Assembly (NCBI RefSeq): GCF_009914755.1
Contig: NC_060934.1
Strand: one strand, 5' to 3'
From: the human T2T-CHM13v2.0 reference genome, Homo sapiens
Length of the DNA stretch: 64,000 bases
The first letter of the stretch is position 1, and every line of letters starts with the position of its first letter. The notes under the pieces are model-generated. The model saw nothing but the letters and a program-made list of their open reading frames with translations, was not told the DNA's origin and did no database searches. Of the stretch, positions 31,181 to 48,736 are shown one piece after another. A program made the position numbers and the translations under genes.

Positions 31181-31734
31181 ATCTGCTGCTATTCGTGAAG
31201 CCAAAGCTTCAATCCACATCCTCCTCCTTATGCCTATTTTCTACACGTTAAAACCTTGAGACAAGGAGAGTTAGGTTTTAATCTTCCTTCCCCTCCTTAA
31301 ATCAGAGGCGACAACCTACAGCACCTTTTTTTCTTTTTAAAATAAAAACCTCCTATTTATTTGCAGATTGGAATGGGTAATCGAAAGACCTTTCATGATA
31401 TTATTTATTCAGAGTCCTTGCATCAAGCTTGCCACTTATTTAATCTGCGCAAGTGTCCTGCAAGAGAGACACTAGGATCCCTGTCTGAAGCCTGTTCTCT
31501 TCCCACGATACCTCCCTGCTGCCCCAGAACAAGGCTACTCATCTCTCAGGAATAGGAGGGTCATGACTGAGTCCTCCCCACCCTCCACTCCCATCTAGCC
31601 ATCAACATCTAGGTCAGAGTTCCAGGCCCCTCTCCCCTGATAACAGTGCTTGGGAATTTCTTCAGTTGGTCAATGATCTTCTTACACAGCTGTCCCCAGA
31701 ACTGAACCTGGCATTGAAAGGTACATTTGGCTAT

Positions 31735-32580
<846 letters not shown>

Positions 32581-33271
32581 AGCTCATCTGCCTAGCTCAG
32601 AGGAAGCTCTCCACGTGAGAGGGTCTGGGAGGTGCTCAGGGTGTAAGAACATCATTCATTCAGTCAGCACAAGTGTCAGAGTCTACCGTGTGCCAGCTGC
32701 TATCCCCTCATGCCCCTGGTGGTCCATAGCTGCATTGCCTTTCAGCCCCAGCCCCACCCAGGTTCTCCCATTGAGGCCCTGACAGATTTTATCAAGATGA
32801 GAGAACTTTGGGCTTAATTCTCTCCAGCCTCCTGGGAAACATTGCTCTGGGTCACTGTGGCTATAGCCCAGAGAATAACTCCTCCCCCGGGAGGCTGCTG
32901 TTGAATGGAAGGTTTTTACTCCCATTTCTCAAGGTGTAGGCGTGTCGAACAGTTTCTATTTATTGAAGAAGAAAACAAGTTGTTTTTTTATTTATATATA
33001 GCTCTTGTTTTTGTTCATCCCACAAGAAAAAACAGGGTTCCTCAATTGGAAATAGATTCCTGCCCTTCCGTAAGACTTGGAAATGGGAGAATCTGTGTGT
33101 GAATTAGGTCACTGTGGTATAGAGAAAGAAGTTGGGAGAACTCCTCTAACCCCTTTTTTTTTTAAGCACAGGAGCATGGTTTGTATAGCTGGTTCACTGG
33201 CTATTATACTGGAAAGCAGAATGAGTGGGTCAAGACAAGTAGAGGTATAGCTAGCATCATAATCACAATAG

Positions 33272-33565
<294 letters not shown>

Positions 33566-34545
33566 AATAACTAATCACAATAATAACCAATATATATCAT
33601 ATTCTGGACTCCAAGCATTTTATGCAGCATTGTGAAAATGATATTAGTACCTTTCTGATGGCATTGTTAGCAGATTGAATGGCGCAAATGAGGAAAGTAA
33701 TTTCTCTAAGGCCCAGAGATGTTAAGTAATTTGCCCAAGAGCACACAGCTAAGATGTGGTAGAATTGGGATTTGAATCCAGGCCCATGGGCTCCAGAGAC
33801 TGTCCTCTAATATTGGGCCATGATATGCAGCTAGCAGGCCTGGTAGCTTAAAGGGAGGGGCAGGAATTGGAATATAACAGGCGAGGCGCACAGGCTCTGG
33901 GTGTTGGGTCTCTCTTGGTTAGACACCAAAGACTCATTCTGCAGCCTGAGTCTCCTCATCTGGAAATGGGGATAATACCTACCCCAGTGAGTTATGTAAG
34001 GCACTAGCACAGCCCTCCAGACCCAGTGGGTGCTCAGTGCACCATTGGAGAGTCCCTTTCCTTTTTTCCTTCCTCCATATTTTGCCGTGGGCCACTCTAT
34101 GGAGAGAACTTTCCTGCCCAGGGAAGAGGGAGATGGCCAGGATGACTTTGCTATCTGTGACAACTCTAAGGGAATCCTGGTTCCCTAAGCTTTTGCTGGA
34201 TGTCAGAATTCCAGTGCCTCTCCACTGTGCTTTTCATTGGCAGAACTTTAAATGATTTTATAAAACTGCAAATGTACAAGGTAATTGAGTCTTCTGTTTT
34301 ATTACCCTGAGCTGCCTGGACCTTGCCCGGCCTCCTCCTCACTCACCGAGCCACCGGAATAAAGTTGGAAGTGTTTGTGCTGGTAATATATAGGACTTAA
34401 TTAACCTGGCCTTTTATAGCATTTCCAATGGAGGGTTGGAACGAACTTTGAGGCAGCTTGAGAAAGGGAAAGGGGGGCCTGGGGTGAGAGCGTGTATGTA
34501 CATACAACACTTGATGTTGGTTTTTTCTTTTGTTCTTTTCTCCAG

Positions 34546-34743
34546 TACTTTAATCAGCATTTAATGACCCAGTCGAAAATTCATTGTTTGGACCCAAGCA
34601 CTGGTGGGAAAGGCAGGAGGGGAGGCCTGCCTTCCTTCCTCCCTCCCGAGCCCTACAGCAGGCCATGGAGTGGTGAGCGAGTTCGTACAGTGCCAACCAC
34701 ATTCCCAGAAACTTCCAGCAGAGGTTAATCCTGCTCCTCTCAG
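34546..34743 (+). ncRNA. Candidate internal exon of a spliced lncRNA (possibly ZNF503-AS1)
   Basis: Strong acceptor ttttttcttttgttcttttctccag| and donor cag|gtagga; no recognisable protein; gene identity inferred from the presumed locus only. Confidence 0.4.
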
Positions 34744-35959
34744 GTAGGAGACAATGAATGGATTTTAACAAATGGACTCCCTGTGTTAGCTAATGCCAGT
34801 CCCTACTCAACCTAGGATGACTCCAATGGCGCATGTCCCCATTCCCGGGCCCTAAGGCTGCGCTAACATGCTATCCTGCCTGCCCCTTCATTCTCCACCC
34901 TGCCACATTCCCACTCCTTTCCCCTCCCAACACGAAGCCATGCCTGAGCTGGACACCCTTCCATACCAACCCAGGAAAAAGTGATTCAGCTCCGGTCCAC
35001 CCTGGGTGCAGCGGTCCTTCTGCCAAGATGCCTTCATATCATACAGCTATTATTTTCGGGAGGATTCCAAGTGAGGGCAGTCAGGGTAAGTGCCTCTCAC
35101 CAGCTGCCTGCTCAGACCATTGCTCCACATACCCTAGCTCATAAATCCTGCCCCAACACTGCAGAGTGGTTACATCATCCCCAAACCTCATGCAACAATT
35201 CGATTTGGAAATAAAAAGGCAGGTGTTAATTGACTCACTCCCTCTGCCCCTTTGTGGTGCCCCTGACCCTCGATAGCTTTTAACCCTGCAGTTAATAAAA
35301 GTTTTGGGCCCAGCCCCAGCACAGTTCCTCATTCATTCTTTCATAACATCAGCAAATTCTTCCTGAGTGACTGTAATGCACAAGTCATTGGCCAGAGCCT
35401 TAGGGAAGAGGGTTAGGTGGCTAAAGATGAGCAAGAAGCATTTTAAGCATTTCATGCCTTAGGAAAGCCTACAGAGGAGGCCCACAAATAACGCAGATTT
35501 GGGCAAGAGTCCTGTGGGCCTCCAGAGAAGCCAGAGTTTTAGAAGCATCTCCGGCTGTTGAGTTGACTGCTCTTGAGTTTGCCTGTTCAGCACCCATCCC
35601 TCCTACAAGAGCAACCAGATTCTCCTTTGGAGAACCCACATCTTCACTAAATCTATGTGGTTCCAAATGTGGTTGAATGTCTGGGGTCCCCAGGAGTCAG
35701 CCCATGAGTAGAGCTAACCATTCAGGGCAGGTTAGTCCCCAGCCACAGTGATCATTTCAGCCATGGGCATTAGACTTGGGCTGGGCCAGTGAAAGCTATT
35801 GCTGCAGCTCCTGGGAAGGAGGAGCTCTCTTTTTCCCCTGGGACTGGCCAGAAGTAAGCCTGGAGCTGCTAGTAACCCTCTTGTCTTCACCTGGGAGAGG
35901 CTTCAGGAACCTGAGAGTGAAGCCAATCACTTCATTTGCTCCCGAGGGACAGCCTCTGA

Positions 35960-36461
<502 letters not shown>

Positions 36462-36567
36462 TGGGGGCCCTTGTTTTTCAGGTTTGCACTTGTGCGACTC
36501 TGAGAGTGGGTGCCTCCTTACATTTTGTACCCCAGGTGCCTCTCTCCTCTCCCTATTCCTGGCCCTG
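36462..36567. mobile_element. Half of a MER96-type hAT MITE
   Basis: ctgagagtgggtgcctccttacattttgtaccccaggtgcctc...cctggccctg; only one terminal arm present. Confidence 0.65.
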
Positions 36568-36656
36568 CTTAGGCTGCTGGAAGTCCACCCCTATCTGTCC
36601 CTGAACCCAGCCTGAAGAATTCAGAGTTGATTGCTACTGTCTTTCTTCCCCCACAG

Positions 36657-37716
36657 GTGGGCTTGGCCCATTCTCTAGACTTTGGAAGGTAATGTTCTAT
36701 AGAGGCCTGTTCTGAAGCTTTACCAGGTCAAACCGGAGAAGAACCCAACAAGTAACTCATCCCAGCCTAACTATTCTTCAAGGGCAATCAACCTACAGCA
36801 TCCAAGCACAGAGAAATCAAATCCATGGAGAATCTTCAAATTAGGCTCAGAATCCATTTGGGTCAATGAATTTACTGTTATTAAGATCTTAGTTGTGTTC
36901 AACCATGATTTGACATACCTTAGAGTGAGAAGATATTCTTCCTGGCCTCAGACTAGTTGAAGGTAGAGAGAGAGACAGGCCCTTGGGTGTGGGGAGACCT
37001 CTCCTGGGATAATACACACAAAAAACCAAGAGCTGCTCACTGTGGTGCAGGAGACAGCAGGGCCTGAAGCCAGAGGCTCTGTGTCCTTGAATACAATGTT
37101 TTACTCCTCTGACCCCTGTTACTGTGATTTGGAGAGGCAGACAATATAGGATGGGCTTTGCAGGCAGGGAGGTCCAGTTATAATCCCAGCTCTTACTAAG
37201 TTGGGTAAGACTCACTCTGAGACTTAGTTTCTTCTGTCATCTCTCAATAGAATCATAAAGGTACTTTCCTCTTAGTGTTGTTTTAAAATTCAGTAAAATA
37301 ATGCAGGCTTAGCACAGGGTCTGATGTAAATTTTCAATGAATTATCGTTGTCAATATTGTTCTGGAAAACAAGAGGGCATATTAGAAGATCAAAAGTACT
37401 GCCAAGCATTGAAGTGCCAATTCTAGATCCAGTCTCAGCCCTCTGAGAATGGATATCATTGTTTTCAAGCCATTCAGAAACCAATGTGAATTGAACACCT
37501 AGTATGAGCTCTCTGAGGGAAGAGCCAAGTCATGCATTTTTTATCTTAAGGGGTCTTCAATACCTCTAGCCCAAAACAGTATCTCCATCAGGATTCTTCT
37601 CTGATAGTGTTCATTTCTTTTTTCTCAATGGATGCCTTAAAAAAAAAATCCTACAAGGAAACCTGTACTCCTCAAATACACCACTCAGGTGACCATTAAA
37701 TCATTTACATTGTTAA
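36657..37716 (+). ncRNA. Candidate 3' terminal lncRNA exon
   Basis: Acceptor ctgtctttcttcccccacag|G; ATTAAA at 37695-37700 followed by a U/GU-rich downstream element (tttcttttcagatgtgtgtctttt). Confidence 0.35.
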
Positions 37717-39509
37717 TTTCTTTTCAGATGTGTGTCTTTTTCCCTAGTTACATCATCAGGACCTTGAAGGTAGGGACAGGTCTTAGATTTCTTGATGCCC
37801 CCATAAATCTAGGTACAGAGTAGGTCTCTGGACATCAGTATAAGGCCCATGAGCCTGATAGCTGCCCAGGTGGGTGCTGTGTGCCTGGGCGTGGGAAGGA
37901 CAAAAGAGAGGTCACTAAAGGGGTTCCTGGGAAGGAAGAGCCCCTCTGACTTTAAAAGGGAGCCCATACACTTTTTGGACAACTGGAATAATCAGAAAGC
38001 TGTTTTTGGGGAGGCAGCAGCCAGAAAAACCTGGGGCATTGGGTCAACCAAAGCCCTTCCCAAGGCTGCAGTGGCTGCAGCTAGTTAGCCCAGCTTCCCT
38101 ACCAGCCCCAGGGCTGCAACTGAACAGTGTTGGCTTCTTAATAAAAACAGCACCAATGCAAAGCCCTAACTTCACTGGAGAAATAGCCCTGCGCCCTTCC
38201 ATCCATTAACATTTTGCACCTTAATGCGGCCATATTTTGGGAAAGCCAATTCATATTGTCTGAGTAGCTTATTGGTATGCAGCTCTGGTTAGGGGTGGGG
38301 GATCCTGGGAGGGGGGCACTCTGCAAAGGGGTTTTAATTAAGCCTCAGAATGTTCCGTATATGCCCCAAAAGGGGGGCGGTACTTGGGGGACCTAGAGCA
38401 AGGGTGATGGGCTTGTCCAAAAGGTTTGTGTGTATGAAGGCTTGACCATTTCTGGGAAGTCCCACCGTGACTGCCACCCTTGCTCACCCCCAGCCCACAC
38501 CAGAGCAGGGCCACCCACTCACCCTTTGGGTCTCTAACTTCGAATTTCCCAAGCAGACCCTATCAGGCAGCTCTTCTCAGATAAAATACATCATCATTTG
38601 CTCCATTAGAAAATAAATGTATGGCTATATTATGGGATTTGCATTCCATTACCTTGGTTTGCATGCCATAAAACATTTATTACACCCTTGGGCTAAAGTC
38701 TTAATAATGACTGGGTATGAGGCACTAATGTGGTGCTGGTCTTGCTCAGGAACCAGAGATTAATGCCTTTTGATGTCACTCAGCTAATAGTTGTGCTCAC
38801 CAATTTGTCCCATCAGAAGACATTAGAGTCAGGCCCTGTGCGAGGGTGGGGGAACCACTGCTCAGCTTCAGCTGGGAATCGAGGCTCCCCGTTCCTTCCT
38901 TCCTACCTGGTCTTGTTCAAAATGGCCGGAATGAAATCTCAGTTCCCCCTCTTCAATCTCTCATTCTACTTCTACCCCCACCCCAGCCTTGGCCAAGTCC
39001 CCACCCCTGGGTGTGAAAGCTGCAAGGAAGGGTTTAAGTGTCAGCCCTCCTATTAGACAGCAGCGGAGGTGGCAGGAGTCTGTGTGTGGGCATGGGTGTG
39101 TGTGTGCATGCATGCATACACACACACACACACACACACACTTCTCCCTTCCCTCTTAAGGAATTGCTTTGCCAGTCCTGCCAGCTATGGAAGCCCAGCA
39201 GCCCAGAAGAGGAGGCTCCAGTCCACCTTTACCCCACAGCTAGGCTTAGTCACAGCCCCCAGCCCGGGAGACAGGCCCAGGATGGAGCTGAGCAGACCTC
39301 TGGGGCTGTATTGTGGGTCTTTCTTGTCATCAGCTGACTTGGCTCGAGCAGTCCCTGTGGCCAGGCCTTGGAGAATGTCCTCTTGTGAGTTGTTGTGATT
39401 CTCTGTGGGGTCCAGGAGCATCCTTCTCAGAGACCGGAGATGCCCCCCACCTCTTTTGCTCAAAGCCATGGCCAGGAAGTGACCAGTTACTTAACCCTTC
39501 TGTCTCTGT

Positions 39510-40285
39510 TTATCCACGTGGAAATGCTGGCATTTGGCATATGTGTGTGTGCTGTCTGGATCCTGCAATGTTCAGGACAGTCTCGCCCAGCAAATAATTC
39601 TCCCGCATTCCATACAACTTTTGAAATGCCCACCCAGGTCGCTGTGTACTCCACAGCCCTAGGGGGCACTATTCATTTCCATGATGAAGTAAATGGCTGT
39701 GCAGTGCACAACCTGCACAACCATCAGAGAGGTCCTAAGTTTGACAGTCATCCCAGTGGAAAAACCTGTTTACAGTGACCAGAGCTCTAAACCTAGCTGT
39801 TTTACATATAAGCACTGAGTATTGTTGCATGGCTCTAATATACACTGGATTTTCTAGGATTGCAACTTTTGTGACAATTGAGAAGGAAATTGTCCTCTGT
39901 TCTGCACAGATCCTTACCAAGAGTTGTGTACCATTTCAGAAACCACCATTCATGCAGCCATACTGTGGCCCTTAAGTCACCAGGATGCTGCTCCATGGCA
40001 GGTGGCACTGACTACAGTCCCACTGGGAGGGTTTGTCTTTAGGTGCAAGCATTCCACTTTTTCATTATTCCTGAGCATTTACATATTGAAATACATATTT
40101 TATTATAACTGACTTTCCTTTGATTTCTCCTTTATCTTACAGGTGGGTCAATATATTGACTTTTTAAAAAATTCCATGGGTAGGTTGCTTATGTTATCTC
40201 TGCTTTCCATTCTGAGATAGTAAATGGGGCATGACAACAAACTTGGTAATAAAAGAAAGCTGTGGGTCTGATGGACTGGGTGCTG
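39510..40285 (+). mobile_element. MER20B-like hAT-Charlie element with nested MER91-like element (~39635-39737)
   Basis: atatacactggattttctagg...ttaccaagagttgt...gagcatttacatattgaaatacata; nested gtgcagtgcacaacctgcacaac. Confidence 0.72.
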
Positions 40286-41184
40286 AAGCCAGAGAATTCC
40301 AGCCTCAACATCTCTAGGAAGCCTCTTCTGACCACTTTTACCCCACACTCCCACCCAAAGCCTGCTTTCCTTCCTCCCTGAAATGAAGTACTTCATTATG
40401 CCTACTTTCTATTTTTTTTTCCTTGATCATCTCAGGGACAATCATGTCAACTGTGTCCCAAGAAACATGAAAGCTCTCTAAGGACAGCCTTGAGGTGGTC
40501 ACTGTTCATGGCCCTGACCAGGCCCTGGAGAAAAGGACACTAGCTTGGTGTGCTAATCTGAAATACACAAGTCTGGCAGCGGTAGGGCCCCTGGGAGCAG
40601 AAACCAGAGACAGGCATCCCCAGCAAAGTAATACAAAGTCCAGAAAGCCCCATCACCCAGCTTGAGAGAGCTGGGGCAAAATAGAGGGCCCCAAGACTCT
40701 AGAAGAGACGTTTCATAAGTCTCATCAAATTAAAGACTAATTAGAAAAAAAAATTTGTGGGAAATCATTGAAAAACAAGTAAACCATCCAAAGCCTGAGA
40801 CTGTTTAAAAATAGCTTATTGGAAATCCAAAGACAGGACATGTTGAGGAATGAAAAAAACATCTTGTGTGGTAAGATGGTGACTTTAAAGCGACTTCTGT
40901 GGCAAAGAGGCATCCTTTGTAAATGGGCAGATTGGCCAGGCTCAGAGAGCAGGTTTAGGTAAGTTAATGGATGATAGCACCATAAAAGGTTATTAAGGGG
41001 AACTTGGCTCCACTTAGGAGCAGCACTTGTGATATCTGGGGGATGACTGCGCATTCCCGAGGCAGAGTCCTTGTGTCCTAACCTGAGACAGACCATGGGC
41101 CCAGAACCTGGAAGGAAGGAGGCACTGCTGGGTCTCGGGTTATTTCTAGGGGTCCCCCATATGGATGCAATAGTCCATCTCAGT

Positions 41185-41494
<310 letters not shown>

Positions 41495-41609
41495 TCAAAG
41501 AAAGAAAAAAGAGAAATGATCGGATTCAAGCTGCATTTTTGGAAAGTCAATTTTTAAATGTGTGTGTATTTCAGGTCAGAAGAATCATGAAAGAAAACCC
41601 AGTAGGAGT

Positions 41610-41855
41610 ATAGTGGGTTGACTTCATCCCTGGGTTCCAGACACTGCCTGAGTTCATGTCCTAGCCCCACCACTGCATAGCTGGGTGACCTTAAGCAAGT
41701 TATTTAACCTATCTGTGCTTCAGCTTTCTCCCCTCTGGAATGGGGTTGGTAATATTACTTTGCTGGCTTATGAAAATGAAATGAGTTAATATGGTATATG
41801 AAAATGCTTAGAATAGTGCACGGCCTATGGTGAGTGCTCAGTAACTGTCTGCTTA
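41610..41855 (+). mobile_element. MIR
   Basis: gctgggtgaccttaagcaagttatttaacctatctgtgcttcag...atgagttaata...gcttagaatagtgc. Confidence 0.85.
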
Positions 41856-42667
41856 GGTTGTTGTTACTTTCAAGAAAAGGGCCAAGTTGTATTAGTTCCC
41901 ACTCCCTTCCTGCTGATTAACCAATGAAGGGTGGCTCTGGGAACATAAGGGAGGAATCAGGGCAGGCATGCGTGCCTCTCGCTTTCCCAGAGGAGCCCCA
42001 GTGAGGAGGTCAAGTGCTCTGGTCCTGGTTCTAAATCCACTGTTTAGAGTAGCAAGTACATTTGAAGTGGAGATTACCCCCTTGGCCGCAAAGATTCAGT
42101 TAGTAGGTGACAAGGAGTGACTGTGTCACTACATAGTTATCTACATAGGTAATCTGTGCCCCCCAAAAGATTTTGATCAGAGAACATCGTGCTTAGGAGG
42201 AATATTCCCTCTAGGCCATGGCAGCAAATAGGTTTGAGCTCTTTTGTATATACCATTGCTTGATAACAGCTGTGGGCTATATCCTATTGGGGATTCTGAA
42301 TCCACATCTGGATGCCAGGGAAAGGGTGCCAAGATCAAATAATTAGTGATGTCGGCCAGGGATACAGGAGACAAAAGTGTCAGCATTGGCTGGAGAGTAA
42401 AAAACACCGTCTGCTCATAATAGCCTGGCTAGAGGTAGCCTGGGTTCCCACGTCCCGAGCAATGGTGTGGCAGGATGGTGATTGCCTGCTACCAAAAGGT
42501 AGGCGACCTGACTTTTCAGCTCTCCTCCATCAGGCGTGGGGAACTTGGGTGCTTCACCCCACTTAACCGCTCTGCCTCTGTGTCCCCACATGTAAGTGCC
42601 TCAGAGGGACATCCAAGGGGTACTGGGGAAATTGTAGGATGTTTGAACTGTACAAGGTCCTGGAGGC

Positions 42668-43058
42668 TGTAGCAGACACAGTGCCCCAAGGCCTTTGCCC
42701 TTACCATGTCTGTGCTCCGAGCCTGATTCCAGCCACCAGCATCTGCAGTTCTTTGAGAGCTTTCTTCAGCCTTTGGTCTGCCTTTACAAGGCAGGTTGGA
42801 AGCAGTCCTCAACCAGTGACCAACAGGATCATTGTGTAAATATCCTAGCTCCTTCGTCCCGCGGGTGAGATAACTCTGAAATGTAGGTTCTACAACGTCT
42901 CCCAGAGTTTCCCAATGGGAGAGAGCTCCAGGTACCCGCACTACTAGCTTGCTTAATATATCTCTTACTGGCTCCTCCCCTTTCCTGATTCACTTCCCAC
43001 TCCTAGGGTCACCTCCCAAATCCTCATCTCAGAATCTGCTTCTGCCAAACTAAGGCAG
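42668..43058 (+). mobile_element. LTR33-like ERVL LTR
   Basis: cctcaaccagtgacc...cccagagtttccc...tcacctcccaaatcctcatctcagaatctgcttctg...aaactaaggca. Confidence 0.7.
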
Positions 43059-45313
43059 AGGTTAGCTGGCTGCACCACTTTGTGTTACTGAAGCAAGATA
43101 ATTGCAAACACACTTGCCCACCAGAAGGGCCTCGTGTGAAGGTCATGATAAGTATCCATCTAGCAGGGCCTACAAACAGCCCAGAAAGAATCAGAACTTT
43201 TGCATCATTAGGAAGAATTTCCCTCCCCCAGCTCAGGAAATTGTCTCTCTACCCCCCACCCAGAAAATCTTGTAGCCTGTGATGAGACCTCCCTCTCTGG
43301 CTTCTCTCTCACCAGCTGTCTGTTCCTAACAACCCCACCCACGCACGGGAAACTCTCTAACTTGATATTGCAGGATGCTGTCACTTGAAATTAATTGCAA
43401 CTAATTAAAAATGATCTGGTTAGGACAATTGCACAATGGCGCTCCGGAGACTGCTTCATTCCCAGAGGTTTGGTGGCGTTTGTGGCTGCTGCAGCCCTGG
43501 TCTGCCGGACGGGGCCATACATCATCGTGTCATTTTACATTGTTATTTCTCTGAAAGCAGCAATTTAAAAGAGTCTCAGATGAACCTTGAGCAACTTCGT
43601 GCTAAAAAGAAAAATGTTACTGTCCAAGATATGTAAAATATAACATATAGGCTCAAAGAAGCCTCTTGACATGAAAAGAGGCCTTGGAAGTTTGTGCAGC
43701 GATTTGCATATAATATATAATGTTGTAGTAAAAGGACACACAAAGCAGAAGGTGGCTGTGGAGCATCGATCCTTATCTCCTTTGTTCAAACTGGGTCACC
43801 TACTATTCCTGGTTATTATTTTATCACAGCCATTCCTCACATAAGGTGACAGGACAGTATCTAACCTACAGGGTTCGGGGACTGCCACACCTCCCCCTTA
43901 TTTAGTGGAAGACCCAAGGGTCCTTCCTGGCTCTGATTCTGAAAGCATTTCAAGTCCTGCTTGGCCCTGCCTTTTTCCAAGCTGATCCCAGGAGCAGTAA
44001 TCCTGTAAGGAAGAGCCACTTATTGGGCTTGGGGAAGGCCCAGTAAACCTCGAGTTAGGGCATTGAACCTCGATAAGCATCTGGAATGTCCCCACACATC
44101 ACTAGGAGGGAGTTCAGGCACCTCAAATGAATTTTGACCCCATGTCCTTGAGCTACAAATCATTCCTCTTAGGCTACCCACTGCCCTATCTAGCTCTGTG
44201 GTCTCCATGGTGCCCTTCAAACCTCTCTGCATCAACAATACAGGGGAGAAGCAGGCATTTGAGCAGAAAGTGGTATGCCCCAAAAGCATTTTCCACAATT
44301 ATTCTTCTAATGCTCTGCAGCTCATTCTGCAAGTTTAAAAAATAAGCAGATTTTCAAGGGTACCAATAAGAATAACAAATCTCTGCAAAATAGAAAGAGA
44401 AGGGTTCAAAAATAAAAAATCAAGATCTTTAACATTAAAGATCCAGGAATAGAAAGGAATAGACAGATAAGATGAAAGGAGAAAGAATAGTAAACAGATA
44501 TGCAGATAAATCTTATGTAATTACTAAACTTTGGCTCTGGGCTTCCTGGAGGCCAAAGCAAAGAAGGAAAATAAGACATATGATTACTTACAAATGTTAT
44601 GCAATTTTTAAAGAAAAAGCAGACCACCTTCTTAGCAGAAACAAGGTTCTTTTGCATGACCTCATGTGGATCATGTACCTGGCATCATCCTCCACAAACC
44701 CTCATAGTTAAGGCAGGGGTAAGGCTCACAGAGATCCCTGCATTGGAAATGGATGACCTGGCAAAGCCAACTCTCTGGGAAATCCAGGAGATATGCATCA
44801 GATAAGTGGTTTACTAATGGATGGTTTCATTCAGGGGTGAGACTTTAATACTGGAAAAGTGCAAGGACTAACTCCAACCTGACCTCCAAATTATTCTCCA
44901 TACAAAGTGATTCTTTCAGCTCTGCTTTTATTGGAAACTGAACAGCGGATAGTTTAAGGTTATAGTTTCAGTCAAAGACTGGAATGCAGGTATTCCATAT
45001 GACTGAGAATTGGATTTAAATACATCAATTACAGCACATCTGTATAGTGGGATACTATGCAAACATCAATAGGAACAAGGGAGACTTTACACGCTGTTAG
45101 GAAAGGTTGTTTAAGATACATTATTAAGTGGGGGGAAAAAGCAAGTTGCAAAACAGTGGGTATAGTATGATCTCACTTGTATCAAAAATTAATAATAAAA
45201 CACGGGTATAGAAAATTTCTAGAAGGATACACAAAAATTGGTAAGTGTTTAACTTTGAGCGAGAATTTCATAGCTTATCCAAGCCCTCCTTACTATAATT
45301 ATGTATTGTTTTT

Positions 45314-45686
45314 TGATATGGTTTGGCTCTGTGTCCAGACCCAAATCTCATCTTGAATTGTCATAACCCCCATGGGTTAAGGGTATGACAAGGTGGAGAT
45401 AATTGAATCATAGGGGTGGTTTCCCCCATGCTGTTCTCGTGATACTAAGTGAGTTCTCATGAGATCTGATGGTTTTATAAGGGGCTTCCCCCTTCACTCG
45501 GCTCTCACACTTCTCCTTCCTGCCATTATGTGAAGAAGGACATGTTTTCTTCCCCTTCCACCATGATTGTAAGTTTCTTGAGGCCTCCCCAGCCATGTGG
45601 AACTGTAAGTCAATTAAATCTCTTTCCTTTACAAATTACCCAGTCTCAGGCAATTCTTTATAGCAGCGTGAGAACAGACAATTACA
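45314..45686 (+). mobile_element. THE1 (THE1D-like) solo LTR
   Basis: tgatatggtttggctctgtgtcc...aattacccagtctcagg...ctttatagcagcgtgagaacagacaattaca; TG...CA ends. Confidence 0.92.
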
Positions 45687-45771
45687 CTTTTAGATTTAAA
45701 AAATAGTTTTTGAAAAGCTAATTGAGAAAACAATGCAGTTTTGTTAAAAAGAATGAAGCATATTAGTGTTA

Positions 45772-46143
<372 letters not shown>

Positions 46144-46539
46144 TGAAGTGGTTATCTTGGGGAGGTTAGAGTACAACAGACTTCCACCTTCTAAGTTAAT
46201 TTCTGTAACATTTTAATAAGTAGGTATTTACGTTTATAATAATTTTAAAAACACTAAGCTAATACTGTTAAGTTGACTGTCTTTTATGACAATGAAGAAG
46301 CCTAACCAAGACTTGTGCAAATGAATGGCCACCCTACCCCTTCAGGGCAGGGGCCAGGAAAGAATCTGCCAGCAAGACAATAATTTTTCTTAAGAAAATA
46401 GTGGGCTATCTATTCTGGCACACAAATCAATGAGTGATCTTCACATTAACATTCTGGCCTCACAAACACGGATGCTCATCTGGGAAGGTGCTTGTGGCCG
46501 AATCCTGCGGCTGGGGTGCTTTACATTTAAAAATTCCCA

Positions 46540-46904
<365 letters not shown>

Positions 46905-47353
46905 TTAACAATTCTGGCTGCTTCCTTCTCTGTCTCTCTCCAGCCTGCAACCCCTTCAAGTGAAGCTGTTTTATGCTGGATGCCTCAAGGAAGAGAGGAC
47001 AGCAGAAAGAGATGTCCTGGCTTTCGACTTTTAGAAACCTAGCTCAAAGTGAGAAAAGTGAGGGGCAGGAAAAAGGGTCCAGGGAAAGAAGTAAAAATGA
47101 TGTAAGAGAATATCTCACTGCCAAGACTAGCAAATGGGGACCTGGGAGGTTCAGAGGTTAGGATCTGAGAGGACCAGGACTGGCCTCCGAGGCACTGTGC
47201 CTGGAGCGGAGACAGCATCCAGGGAGCTCCAAAATTCCTTGTAGAGAAGCTGAGTCAGCACCCCTGGTCCACAGAGTCTCCATCTAAGGGTTAAGATGTG
47301 GATCAAGAAAGGTCTGGAAGGCTGCAGGGCTTCAGGAGGGAATACAGGAGGCC

Positions 47354-48736
<1,383 letters not shown>

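Noticed and set aside
38232-38242. CArG-like ccatattttgg
   Set aside because: Seven A/T bases between CC and GG, not the canonical six
47254-47274. REST/NRSE-like tcagcacc
   Set aside because: Only the left half-site; no GGACAG right half at the proper spacing
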